Source of the DNA: a virus | Taxonomy: Duplodnaviria; Caudoviricetes | Length of the DNA: 64,000 nucleotides | Reading direction: 5' to 3' (one strand) | Virus record (IMG/VR): IMGVR_UViG_2919450847_000004 | Location: 5,017 to 69,016 of that record | In this document: piece after piece, positions 37,102-44,913 of the stretch | Numbering within the stretch: the stretch's first letter is position 1 | How the letters are laid out: every line of letters starts with the position of its first letter | Notes under the pieces: generated by a model | Seen by the model: only the letters and a program-made list of their open reading frames with translations | Told to the model about the DNA's origin: nothing | Database searches by the model: none | Position numbers and translations under genes: made by a program

Positions 37102-37331
37102 TTGTCCATCACCGATGGATGAATCTGCCAAGTCTTCCGTGCTCCTCTGAGAACACGGAAGCGGTTGGACAGAGGAGTTCGCAGGGAATGAGAGAGCAGC
37201 GCCCGATCATCAGCATGGACGGCGAGACCGGGCGCCAAGGTACGCCGCGAGGGAAGTGCGGCCGGGAACGAACGAACATGTGCAGCACCAGCGAGCTGGC
37301 AGGCCCGCCGCTGCGGAAGAGGACGTGACGA

Positions 37332-37505
37332 ATGACGAAGTCGGTGGCGGCGGCGATCCTCGCCTATGTGGTCTGCCTTGGCAGAGGCGACCCGGTGAGG
37401 ACGCTGCAACAGCTCGAAGCGCATGCTGGGTACAGCGGAGACGTTGAACTGATGGAGATCGCCGGCATGGCGCAGGCGATCCTCATGCAGGAGGTGGGCG
37501 GCTGA
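37332..37505 (+). CDS. 57-aa ORF antisense to the cro operon (not in the ORF track)
   Basis: GAGGA RBS then ATG; MTKSVAAAILAYVVCLGRGDPVRTLQQLEAHAGYSGDVELMEIAGMAQAILMQEVGG. Confidence 0.45.
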   Translation: MTKSVAAAILAYVVCLGRGDPVRTLQQLEAHAGYSGDVELMEIAGMAQAILMQEVGG

Positions 37506-37558
37506 AACGCGGGTATCAGACCTGCAAGTTCTGGCAATTGACTGGGCCATGAAGCTGA

Positions 37559-37828
37559 TCACCGCCGCAAAGTACGATTTGCTCGATGGATCAAGCCCAT
37601 CCGTTGAGACATTGACTGATCAAAGCTGACGTCGGCGCGCACCCGGCATTCTTCGGACTGCGGCTGCTCCAGTTGCTGGACGTACTTGTGCCCGCCATTG
37701 ACCGGCGCCGGCAGCTTGCCGAGCACGTCACAGGCTGCGTCGTATGTAGGGAACGGGCCGATGTGACGGGTGGCAAGGTTGAGATCTTCGCCGTCCATCT
37801 TGAAGACAATGATGAAGGCGCCCATCAC
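37559..37828 (-). CDS. Hypothetical protein
   Basis: Coupled to the cro stop codon. Confidence 0.6.
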   Translation of the reverse strand: MMGAFIIVFKMDGEDLNLATRHIGPFPTYDAACDVLGKLPAPVNGGHKYVQQLEQPQSEECRVRADVSFDQSMSQRMGLIHRANRTLRR

Positions 37829-38073
37829 GACGCTCCACCCTGCGGGGAGCGGGCTTCGCCCATGTGTTCGGGGGCTTCAAAGAACCACGCGTCGTTCCAC
37901 TGGAGGCCGCGTTTCAGGGCTTCTGCGCGGATGAGCGCCATTTGTGACCGGTCCGGATGCAGATCTCCCTTTTCCCATCGGGAAACGGTCGCCTGCGACG
38001 TGCCAGCTATGGCGGCAAGCGCCGCTTGAGATACGTCGAGCACCGATTTGCGGATGAGAAGCATCTGGTTCAT
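37825..38073 (-). CDS. cro: Cro-like HTH repressor
   Basis: SQAALAAIAGTSQATVSRWEKG; divergent from cI. Confidence 0.85.
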   Translation of the reverse strand: MNQMLLIRKSVLDVSQAALAAIAGTSQATVSRWEKGDLHPDRSQMALIRAEALKRGLQWNDAWFFEAPEHMGEARSPQGGAS

Positions 38074-38080
38074 GCGCATG

Positions 38081-38163
38081 AACATACTCATGTGCATGAG
38101 AAAGACAAGTCCATCATACACTCACGCATTGGATTTTGCTAATGCACTCACGTATGGCGGTAA
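38081..38163. promoter_or_regulatory. OR region: three operators with divergent pR/pRM
   Basis: CATRC-N6-GYATG sites at 38083-38098, 38115-38130, 38141-38156; minus TTGTCT-N16-TATGTT; plus TTGCTA...GTAAT. Confidence 0.8.
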
Positions 38164-38164
38164 T

Positions 38165-38857
38165 ATGAATGTCGCCGCGACAGTGAACGCAATCTTGAAG
38201 GCGAAGGGCTGGATCCATCAGGATATGGCCGATGCCATGGGCGTCAGCCAGCCGGCGGTCACTCGATGGGCTGCCGGCAAGAGCTTTCCTCGCGGCGAAA
38301 GCTACGTGAAGCTAATGGAGTTGGCGAAGTCGGTTCTGGAAGACGAACCGGTGGACGAAGCCCGCCCAGTCCGCGCCGCCCTCGTCTCGACGCCTCTTTC
38401 GGGCCAGGTTAGCGCCGGCCTCTTCCAGGAGGTTGACGAACTCGAAAACCAGGATCCTGATGAGGTCCTGGCGCAGAGGGACCCGCGCTACCCCCGGGCG
38501 CGAACTCTGGTCTTCGACGTCGGCGGCAATTCCATGAATGCCTTCGATCCTCCGATCCCCGACGGTTCCCGGGTCAGCGGCCCGGCCTTCGAAGACATCA
38601 ACGAGAAGCTGCAGAACGGCATGGCCGTCGTGATCGAGCGCAGGTCCGCCGACGGACAGATGCGGGAATGGTCCGTCAAGGAGCTCGAGGTGCGCGATGA
38701 CGGCTACACCTTTCATCCTCGCTCGACTGATCCTCGCTACAAGCCGATCTTGGTGGACACAAATCTGCAAGCCGATGACGGCAAGACGGTGGAAATCATC
38801 GCCCTTGTCGTCGATGTGACGCGACCGGTACGTTGGCGGAGCGGCAGCTCGCGTTGA
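38165..38857 (+). CDS. cI: CI-like repressor (HTH plus S24 peptidase)
   Basis: HQDMADAMGVSQPAVTRWAAG HTH; GNSMNA Ser and SVKEL Lys; SAG cleavage-site region. Confidence 0.92.
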   Translation: MNVAATVNAILKAKGWIHQDMADAMGVSQPAVTRWAAGKSFPRGESYVKLMELAKSVLEDEPVDEARPVRAALVSTPLSGQVSAGLFQEVDELENQDPDEVLAQRDPRYPRARTLVFDVGGNSMNAFDPPIPDGSRVSGPAFEDINEKLQNGMAVVIERRSADGQMREWSVKELEVRDDGYTFHPRSTDPRYKPILVDTNLQADDGKTVEIIALVVDVTRPVRWRSGSSR

Positions 38858-38887
38858 TCAATGCATGACAGAATATCGGGCCAAGAC

Positions 38888-39235
38888 ATGACACCTCGCA
38901 AATGCACCACCGGAATGCTTGCAGTTTTGGCCCCTCTCCTGATGACGGCGTGCGCTGGCAGTCAGATGCAGTTGCGCCTGCTGGAAACAGATGGCTCCGT
39001 TCGTGTCACGCCATCGGCTGAACCAAACGCCGACTTCACGGTACTAATCCGGAACACCGTTGATTTCGGATACAATCCCGATGATCGCGCCACACGGGAG
39101 AAAACTGCCCTCAATCTGCTAAGCACACAGTGCCCCCAGGGGCGCATCGCTGGCGAGACAACGATCGAAACCGGGACGTACGGTACGGGGCGGCCTGCGC
39201 GAACTTACGCCGTCCATGTCAAATGCAAGCCATAG
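38888..39235 (+). CDS. Lipoprotein downstream of cI
   Basis: Signal peptide with lipobox LMTAC; second Cys pair (QCP...KCKP). Confidence 0.75.
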   Translation: MTPRKCTTGMLAVLAPLLMTACAGSQMQLRLLETDGSVRVTPSAEPNADFTVLIRNTVDFGYNPDDRATREKTALNLLSTQCPQGRIAGETTIETGTYGTGRPARTYAVHVKCKP

Positions 39236-39282
39236 CTGGCATCAGGTAGCACTGCTGCGCGCAACACCTTGGCGAACCGTTT

Positions 39283-39531
39283 TCACGAGCCGCCCAACAT
39301 TCCTTCCGGCACTTTGCCGAACGAAGCGATCAGGATCGGCTCGTCGGCATCGTCGCTCTCGTGGTCCACTTCTCGAGAGAAGGCGACCGCTCCGAGCTTG
39401 ACCAGACTGAGCCGCCTGGCCACGCGCTCAGCATCCTCAGCAGACCGCACCTCCATTGGGATACCGGCCTTGATCGCACCACGCTTACCAGTCTCAAACG
39501 GCTGGACGACATAGAAAGTCTTCTTGCTCAT
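39283..39531 (-). CDS. Hypothetical protein (third gene of the LexA-box operon)
   Basis: Coupled to DUF3572; FYVVQPF...AVAFSREVD...EP..IASFG.VP. Confidence 0.7.
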   Translation of the reverse strand: MSKKTFYVVQPFETGKRGAIKAGIPMEVRSAEDAERVARRLSLVKLGAVAFSREVDHESDDADEPILIASFGKVPEGMLGGS

Positions 39532-39866
39532 TTCACTCTCCGTGGCGGGATGGGAAGACGCACGACGTTGGAGCTCGGCTCCTCACGCTTAGGTTTGCGA
39601 AGTGCGTACTGCGCCATGCTCAGATCGGCCGGATGCAGGGACAATTCGGATAAGATGATCGCCACCAGGGCTGGGTCCTCGGCCACATAATCCACTACAC
39701 CCGCCAAAAAGCGCTCGTCGTCTGCGAGGACGCGAACAGCGCGCGGCGCAATCCCGGTCACGGTCAGGAACCGTTCCAGCCTCGACGGGTCCTTCGCTAT
39801 TGAACCCAGCACAGCGATCGCTATCCATTCCGCCCGGTCGCGGTTGATTGGACGCGGATCAAGCAT
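39528..39866 (-). CDS. DUF3572 family protein
   Basis: AE.IAIAVLG.IA.DP.RLERFL..TGI.P..VR....D..FLAGV.DY. Confidence 0.85.
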   Translation of the reverse strand: MLDPRPINRDRAEWIAIAVLGSIAKDPSRLERFLTVTGIAPRAVRVLADDERFLAGVVDYVAEDPALVAIILSELSLHPADLSMAQYALRKPKREEPSSNVVRLPIPPRRVK

Positions 39867-40092
39867 CAGCCGGCTCCTTCACCTCAACGGCCGCCACAAT
39901 GACGCCGATCGGTGCCTCGCAGGCCTTGCACTGGAACCGCTGATCCCGAAGGAACTGGCTTTCAAGAAGATCGTCCACGCACTCCGGCGCATCTTCGGCG
40001 GCCGGAACAGCCAGCCTATGCACGGTGTCCACTCGGCAGTTGAAGCAGCGCACCTTGAGCTTGAAGTGGGCTCCAATTCGGTCGTTCGCCAT
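39859..40092 (-). CDS. Zinc-ribbon protein (first gene of the LexA-box operon)
   Basis: CFNC...CKAC. Confidence 0.7.
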   Translation of the reverse strand: MANDRIGAHFKLKVRCFNCRVDTVHRLAVPAAEDAPECVDDLLESQFLRDQRFQCKACEAPIGVIVAAVEVKEPADA

Positions 40093-40110
40093 GGTCGTCA
40101 GCCTCAAAAT

Positions 40111-40125
40111 GTTCCCTCTATGTTC
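40111..40125 (-). promoter_or_regulatory. Alphaproteobacterial LexA (SOS) box
   Basis: GTTC-CCTCTAT-GTTC (GAAC-N7-GAAC on the minus strand), 19 bp upstream of the ATG at 40092. Confidence 0.8.
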
Positions 40126-40166
40126 TCATCCTGTTAACGTTTGTCGCGAGAGTCGAGTCGATTCGA

Positions 40167-40239
40167 CATACCCCATCGCATAATTTTTCATGCAAACGCG
40201 CATTATTTCGCTTGCACCATTCATGCACATAAGTATGTT
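40167..40239 (+). promoter_or_regulatory. OL region: three operators and pL
   Basis: CATRC-N6-GYAT(G/T/A) at 40167-40182, 40189-40204, 40222-40237; TTGCAC-N16-TATGTT. Confidence 0.8.
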
Positions 40240-40253
40240 TATGCCATCGCAGC

Positions 40254-40321
40254 ACGACGCGGCGATACCCGCTCCGGGGCCCCTTCGCCCCCAGCCCAGT
40301 CCCGGAGCGGGCAGCCGTCGT
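40254..40321 (+). other. Long stem-loop in the pL leader
   Basis: Perfect 11-bp stem CCCGCTCCGGG/CCCGGAGCGGG plus outer ACGAC..GGC/GCCGTCGT. Confidence 0.6.
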
Positions 40322-40337
40322 CTGGATGGAGAGCGAC

Positions 40338-40622
40338 ATGCCCGCCCGACCCGAAATCATCCAAGCGACCGTCTCTCACGGCCCCGATGGCCGACTGATC
40401 ATCGACAGTGACGGGAAGGCGGAATTCGTCGCCCCAAACGGCATCCGCTTCTATATCGCGCTCGACGGCAACGACTTGTGGGTGCACGTCTCTGCACCGG
40501 AGGGGTGGAGCCCGAAGCCCGTCGAGTTCGAGCACAACGCCGGCAATGAAGGCTGGCTGAAGACGGGGCTCCGCCTGCCGGTCCCCGCAACGCCCCTCCC
40601 CCTACGCGCGAGGGCCGCGTGA
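40338..40622 (+). CDS. Hypothetical protein, first gene of the pL operon
   Basis: GGAGAG RBS; TGA overlaps the next start. Confidence 0.65.
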   Translation: MPARPEIIQATVSHGPDGRLIIDSDGKAEFVAPNGIRFYIALDGNDLWVHVSAPEGWSPKPVEFEHNAGNEGWLKTGLRLPVPATPLPLRARAA

Positions 40623-40890
40623 TGCCCCGGCTCGACCCTTCCCCCTTCTGGATGGTCTACGGTTTCGGCCAGCGCGCGCCGGTGGTGCGGCACAAGTCCT
40701 TTGAGAGCGCGGACACTGAGGCGAAGCGCCTCGCCAGGCTCAATCCCGACATCGAGTTCTTCGTGCTCGGTACCGTGAGCATGAGCGTTCATCGCACGGT
40801 CGAGACGGTGGCGATCCCGCTGCCCCCCGGATTGCCGCTCTGCAGCCCGGCGAGCGCACGCCGGTCGAGGATCCCGACATCCCTTTCTGA
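40622..40890 (+). pseudogene. Phage protein frameshifted at a C6 tract; restored C-terminus ...EDPDIPF
   Basis: Typical FWMVYG.GQRAP.VRH.S.ESA..EA.RLA.LNP..EFFVL N-terminus; adding one C at 40823-40828 gives PRIAALQPGERTPVEDPDIPF-stop. Confidence 0.6.
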
Positions 40891-40988
40891 ACTCCGGCGG
40901 TTCTCCCCACCCGCCCGGCCGGGCGCGCCTTCCTCCCGCCAGCAATGGATCAACTGGGCCCGGCCGCCCTCCCTTTCTGGATATCGCC

Positions 40989-41126
40989 ATGTCCGACCGC
41001 GGCAACCTTTCCCCCGACGTGCAGCGGACGATCCGCAGGACCGAACTGTTCTGGCTCGCCCTGCTGGTGATCGGCGTCATCCGGGCCGGCCTCGCCTTCC
41101 ACGCCTACCTCACCGCCGCGCCCTGA
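40989..41126 (+). CDS. 45-aa single-TM protein (not in the ORF track)
   Basis: MSDRGNLSPDVQRTIRRTELFWLALLVIGVIRAGLAFHAYLTAAP. Confidence 0.5.
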   Translation: MSDRGNLSPDVQRTIRRTELFWLALLVIGVIRAGLAFHAYLTAAP

Positions 41127-41148
41127 GCCGGCTGAACAGGAGCCTTCC

Positions 41149-41535
41149 ATGCCCCGCATTGATCGCTGCCACACCATGGAAAAAGAGATCGGACGACGTG
41201 TCCGCGCGGCGCGCTGCCAGGCCGGGATGAGCCAGGCGCGCCTGGGCGAGCATCTCGGTCTCACCTTCCAGCAGATCCAGAAATACGAGAACGGCAGCAA
41301 CCGAATTTCGGCGAGCGCCCTCGTCCGTCTCGCCAAGGTCCTGGGCACCACGCCCGGGGAGTTGCTGGCGGGGCTCGGCGAGGATGACGAGAGCGCGCCG
41401 CGCCCGGTCACCAATCGCCAGGCCATCGAATGCGCGCGCCTCGTCGAGGCCATGCCGCCGAAGGCGCGCATCGGCGCGGTGCAGACGCTGCACGCCATCG
41501 CCATGGCGTTCCGCCCCGCGGGCGTCGCGGCATGA
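41149..41535 (+). CDS. XRE-family HTH regulator
   Basis: IGRRVRAARCQAGMSQARLGEHLGLTFQQIQKYENGSNRISAS. Confidence 0.9.
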   Translation: MPRIDRCHTMEKEIGRRVRAARCQAGMSQARLGEHLGLTFQQIQKYENGSNRISASALVRLAKVLGTTPGELLAGLGEDDESAPRPVTNRQAIECARLVEAMPPKARIGAVQTLHAIAMAFRPAGVAA

Positions 41536-41777
41536 GCGCGGCCTCCTCCCTGACCCGGAGCGCGGTCGTAAAGCGCTCCATCGTCATCGCCGGTCACAAG
41601 ACCAGCGTCTCGCTCGAGGATGCCTTCTGGGAGGCGATCAAGGAGATCGCTGAGGACGCCAAGCGCACACTCTCGGACCTGGTCGCCGAGATCGACGGCC
41701 AGCGGGGCAACGCCAACCTTTCGTCCGCCATCCGCCTGCGGGTGCTGGCGCACTATCGACAGGCATCCCGGCCATGA
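41532..41777 (+). CDS. Ribbon-helix-helix protein (RHH_4)
   Basis: KRSIVIAGHKTSVSLEDAFWEAIKEIA...LSSAIRL.VL.HY. Confidence 0.9.
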   Translation: MSAASSLTRSAVVKRSIVIAGHKTSVSLEDAFWEAIKEIAEDAKRTLSDLVAEIDGQRGNANLSSAIRLRVLAHYRQASRP

Positions 41778-42184
41778 CGGTCGCCACGCTCGCCTCCCCC
41801 AAATCCAAGGGCCGCAAGCGCGCGGACCGGCTGCGGGACCGGCGCTATGCCACCGAGACCCGTGAGCAGCTGGCCCAGCGTTTCCCTCGCTGCTTCATGC
41901 CGAAGGGCGCGCCGAAATTGCCGCTCAAGATCGGCATCTATCACGACCTCAAATTGGCGGCACCGGACATCAGCAGCCGGCGCCTGCACCTCGCCCTTCG
42001 CGATTACACCGGCGGGCCAACCTATCTCGCCGCGCTGCGTGAGGGCGCGCACCGCCTCGGCCTCGATGGCTGGCCGGACGGGATAGTCAGTGCCGATCAA
42101 GCCGCTGACGCCAGACGTCGGCTCAGCAGCAAGAAGCGCCGCATCGCCAAGGAACATGCCGATGATCAAGACCGTGCTGCATGA
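41774..42184 (+). CDS. ProQ/FinO-domain RNA-binding protein
   Basis: L...FPRCF.....PLKIGIYHDL...L..ALRDYT....YL.AL..GA.RLGLDG.P.G.V. Confidence 0.85.
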   Translation: MTVATLASPKSKGRKRADRLRDRRYATETREQLAQRFPRCFMPKGAPKLPLKIGIYHDLKLAAPDISSRRLHLALRDYTGGPTYLAALREGAHRLGLDGWPDGIVSADQAADARRRLSSKKRRIAKEHADDQDRAA

Positions 42185-42266
42185 AGCCGCGGCGCTCGGC
42201 GCCCTGGTTCTGTTCGTATCCGCCGTTCTCCTGTGGAGCGGCATCATCGGGGCGAGGGTGCTGTGA
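42156..42266 (+). CDS. 36-aa hydrophobic protein (not in the ORF track)
   Basis: MPMIKTVLHEAAALGALVLFVSAVLLWSGIIGARVL; TGATG overlap with the next gene. Confidence 0.55.
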   Translation: MPMIKTVLHEAAALGALVLFVSAVLLWSGIIGARVL

Positions 42267-42562
42267 TGGCCGAACTCGCCCCCGCCCCCTATCGTCTGTC
42301 CGACGATCTAACCGTAACCGCCGCCGACGGTTCGACGTTCTGTGTGATCGGCGATCCCTTCGCGTCGCCGACCGAGCGCGACCGCTTGCATGGCGCAGTC
42401 GTCGTGCTGCTGCCCGAGATCCTCGAAGTCTTCGGCATCTTCACCGAAACCTTCGCCATGGCGGCGATGGAGGCCGACTACTATCCGGAGGCTGTCCGCG
42501 CGCTCAAGGTATTCGAGCAGTTGAAGGCGGCGGGCTACCGTGGCCGGGGCATCGTGTCATGA
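42266..42562 (+). CDS. Hypothetical protein
   Basis: Coupled at both ends. Confidence 0.6.
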   Translation: MAELAPAPYRLSDDLTVTAADGSTFCVIGDPFASPTERDRLHGAVVVLLPEILEVFGIFTETFAMAAMEADYYPEAVRALKVFEQLKAAGYRGRGIVS

Positions 42563-43029
42563 GCCCTCTCGCCGCCTTCCTCGCCGGCGCCAGCGCCGCG
42601 CTGCTCACCGCCACTCCCCTCGCCTTCTGGCTTGGCCGGCGTTCGGTCGAACAGGACGATTTCCCGGGCGACCACGATCCCTATGCCGAGCCCCATGGCG
42701 AGGACGTCCGCCTGATCGGCGTCGGCATCGGGCTTGCGATCCTGACGGCCGCCGGCGTGGTCGCCGGCGTGTCCATCGGCTTCGCCCATGAGGCGCCCAG
42801 CGGCTGGGAATATCCCCGCGACTGCTGTTCTGCCTATGACTGCTACCCGGTGCCGGCCGGCGCCCTGCGTTTCGGCCCCGGCGGCATCACGGTCGAGGCC
42901 ACCGGCGAAACCTTTCCCTCCCGGTCGACGATCGTGCGCCCAAGCGGCGACGGCGCCTTCCACCGCTGCTCGCGCGCCGGTGACCCGGCGAAGCCCACCA
43001 TCTGCCTCTTCGTTCCGGGAGGCGTGTGA
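42559..43029 (+). CDS. Membrane-anchored Cys-rich protein
   Basis: Two hydrophobic segments then AHEAPSGW.YP.DCCS..DC...SGDG.FHRC...ICLF.P. Confidence 0.7.
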   Translation: MSPLAAFLAGASAALLTATPLAFWLGRRSVEQDDFPGDHDPYAEPHGEDVRLIGVGIGLAILTAAGVVAGVSIGFAHEAPSGWEYPRDCCSAYDCYPVPAGALRFGPGGITVEATGETFPSRSTIVRPSGDGAFHRCSRAGDPAKPTICLFVPGGV

Positions 43030-43241
43030 TGGAGATCGTCGACGCCATGGCCGTCACTCTCGCCCGCTCGAATGTCGATCTCGCCGACGAGCGCGCCACC
43101 GCCATCTTCCTCCTGGAAGCCGGCTACGACGAGCGGGAGATCGCGAACCACCGGCTCCAGGCGGCCCGCGCCGCGCGCAGCCGGCGGAAGGCCGATGACA
43201 TTTGCGCCGGCCGGCCGGCAAAGGGAGGCGCCCGTGGCTGA
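43026..43241 (+). CDS. Hypothetical protein
   Basis: Coupled ORF in the operon. Confidence 0.55.
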   Translation: MMEIVDAMAVTLARSNVDLADERATAIFLLEAGYDEREIANHRLQAARAARSRRKADDICAGRPAKGGARG

Positions 43242-43614
43242 CGCTTCCACGCTCCGGCATTTCGTCGAGAAGATCAGGGCCGGCGGCCATATCGGCGCCG
43301 ATGACCCGGCCGCAATCGAGGCCTTCGGTTCCGAGGCGGCCTATTACGGCCAGTGCGCTACCACCGGGACCACCTATCCGGCCGATCTCAAGATCGCCTA
43401 TGCGGTCGCCTTCAAGGAAGCGCTGCTCCCGAAATGGTACTGGCGCGCCGGGCATGGCTCGCAGGATCCCGGCTGGGCGCATCTCAATCGCGTGCACCCC
43501 GACCACTGCGACCGCCTCGACGAGGCGCACGCCGTATCCACGGAACCGGCCCGCGCGCTCGTGCTCGCCGTCCTGAAGGCCCGCCTCGCCCTCGCGGAGG
43601 CGCGTCATGGGTGA
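43234..43614 (+). CDS. Hypothetical phage protein
   Basis: GGGAGG RBS, GTG start; ...LLP.WYW....PARALVLAVLKA. Confidence 0.6.
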   Translation: MADASTLRHFVEKIRAGGHIGADDPAAIEAFGSEAAYYGQCATTGTTYPADLKIAYAVAFKEALLPKWYWRAGHGSQDPGWAHLNRVHPDHCDRLDEAHAVSTEPARALVLAVLKARLALAEARHG

Positions 43615-44179
43615 GCCGGTCAACATCTTCGTCGCCGGCCTCGGGCGCTGCGGCACCACCATGGTGATGGCCATGCTCGATCGCGGCGGGTTTCCCGTCG
43701 GCGATGTCGCTCCCGACTACGAGTCCTGTACGCCGATGGTCGCCGGAAAGGTCAGCGCCGAGGCGCTCGCTCCCTTCCGGGGCCAGGCGGTGAAATGGCT
43801 CGATCCGACCATTTCCATCCCGCCGGCAGGCACGCGGGCCGTGTCGATCTGGCTCGATCGGGATTTCACCGAGCAGGCCAAATCCCAGCTGAAGCTCTGC
43901 GGCATCCTGCCGTCGCGCCGGAAGGTCCGCGGGATCGCAGCCATGCTTCGCTCGGATAGTGAGCGCGCGCGGCGAGCGGTCGCCGGCTGCGGCCCGGTGC
44001 TGCCGATGTCCTTCGAGCGGATCCTCGCGCAACCTCTCATCGAGGCGCAGCGCATATGCGGGTTCCTCGGCAAGCTCGACGTGACGCGGGCCGCGGCGAC
44101 CGTGCGCCGGCGCGGGCCGGAATGCCTTCCCGACCTGCTGCTGGAAGCCCGGCTTCTGCGGGAGGCGCTCAATGGCTGA
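43607..44179 (+). CDS. Sulfotransferase-like P-loop protein
   Basis: IFVAGLGRCGTTMVMAML resembles the PAPS 5'-PSB loop (G.PRSGTS); WLDRD..EQAKSQ; MSFE.IL.QP. Confidence 0.65.
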   Translation: MGEPVNIFVAGLGRCGTTMVMAMLDRGGFPVGDVAPDYESCTPMVAGKVSAEALAPFRGQAVKWLDPTISIPPAGTRAVSIWLDRDFTEQAKSQLKLCGILPSRRKVRGIAAMLRSDSERARRAVAGCGPVLPMSFERILAQPLIEAQRICGFLGKLDVTRAAATVRRRGPECLPDLLLEARLLREALNG

Positions 44180-44531
44180 CGCACCCCGCCGGATCCGGCT
44201 GTCCCGCGCCAAGGGCTGGCGTATGCCGGACAACACCGTGAAGGTGGACCGGTCCACGCCATGGGGAAATCCCTTCGTTGTCGGCATCGATGGCACCGCG
44301 GCCCAATGTGTCGCGACGTACCATTTCTTGCTGTCCGGTCTTCTCTGCGTCTCGACAAAGGCGCCTCTCGACAAGCAGAAGGCGGCGCTCTCCCACGTGC
44401 GGGCTCACGCGCAGGATCTGCGCGGCAAGAACCTCGCCTGCTGGTGCGCGCTCGATAAGCCGTGCCGCGCCGATGTGCTGCTGGAGGTCGCCAACGCACC
44501 GTCACCGGCGACGGAGGCCGCCCATGGCTGA
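44172..44531 (+). CDS. DUF4326 family protein
   Basis: VKVDRSTPWGNPF...LRGKNLACWC...PCRADVLLE.AN. Confidence 0.9.
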   Translation: MADAPRRIRLSRAKGWRMPDNTVKVDRSTPWGNPFVVGIDGTAAQCVATYHFLLSGLLCVSTKAPLDKQKAALSHVRAHAQDLRGKNLACWCALDKPCRADVLLEVANAPSPATEAAHG

Positions 44532-44913
44532 CATGAACCTCGCTCGCGCTCACGAGATCGTCGCGGCGATCAACGCCCGATCTCTCGTGACGATCGGCAT
44601 AGATCAGCCGCTGGGCTCCCTCTCCGGCGTGACGTTGCAGGAGATGATCGAGGCCAAGGCTGCGGTGGAGCGCGAGAACAACGCCGCAGTCGAAGCCGCC
44701 AAGGCGAAGGGCGGCGGCTATTCGATCAACCTGGTGCCCGATGATCGGCTGATCGCTGCTGTCTACACTCTTCATCATTACACGCCACGACACGACGCAA
44801 TCCTTTGCGTTCCCGTCGATCATTTTCTAGGTGATCGACTGGCGCTCGCTGTCGTCGTCATCGACAGCGCAGAGGCGGATGCCGACGATGATGAAGGGGT
44901 CGCCCATGGCTGA
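44524..44913 (+). CDS. Hypothetical protein
   Basis: Coupled ORF in the operon. Confidence 0.6.
   Translation: MADMNLARAHEIVAAINARSLVTIGIDQPLGSLSGVTLQEMIEAKAAVERENNAAVEAAKAKGGGYSINLVPDDRLIAAVYTLHHYTPRHDAILCVPVDHFLGDRLALAVVVIDSAEADADDDEGVAHG

Noticed and set aside
37264-37278. Second LexA box (GAAC repeats)
   Set aside because: The GAAC units are directly tandem, so spacing is not N7
40130-40142. CtrA box near the SOS operon
   Set aside because: Only a TTAAC half-site; no second TTAA at 7-bp spacing
40619-41230. 203-aa ORF as one real protein
   Set aside because: The second half is low-complexity Arg/Pro and overlaps two better ORFs; a frameshift at 40823-40828 explains it
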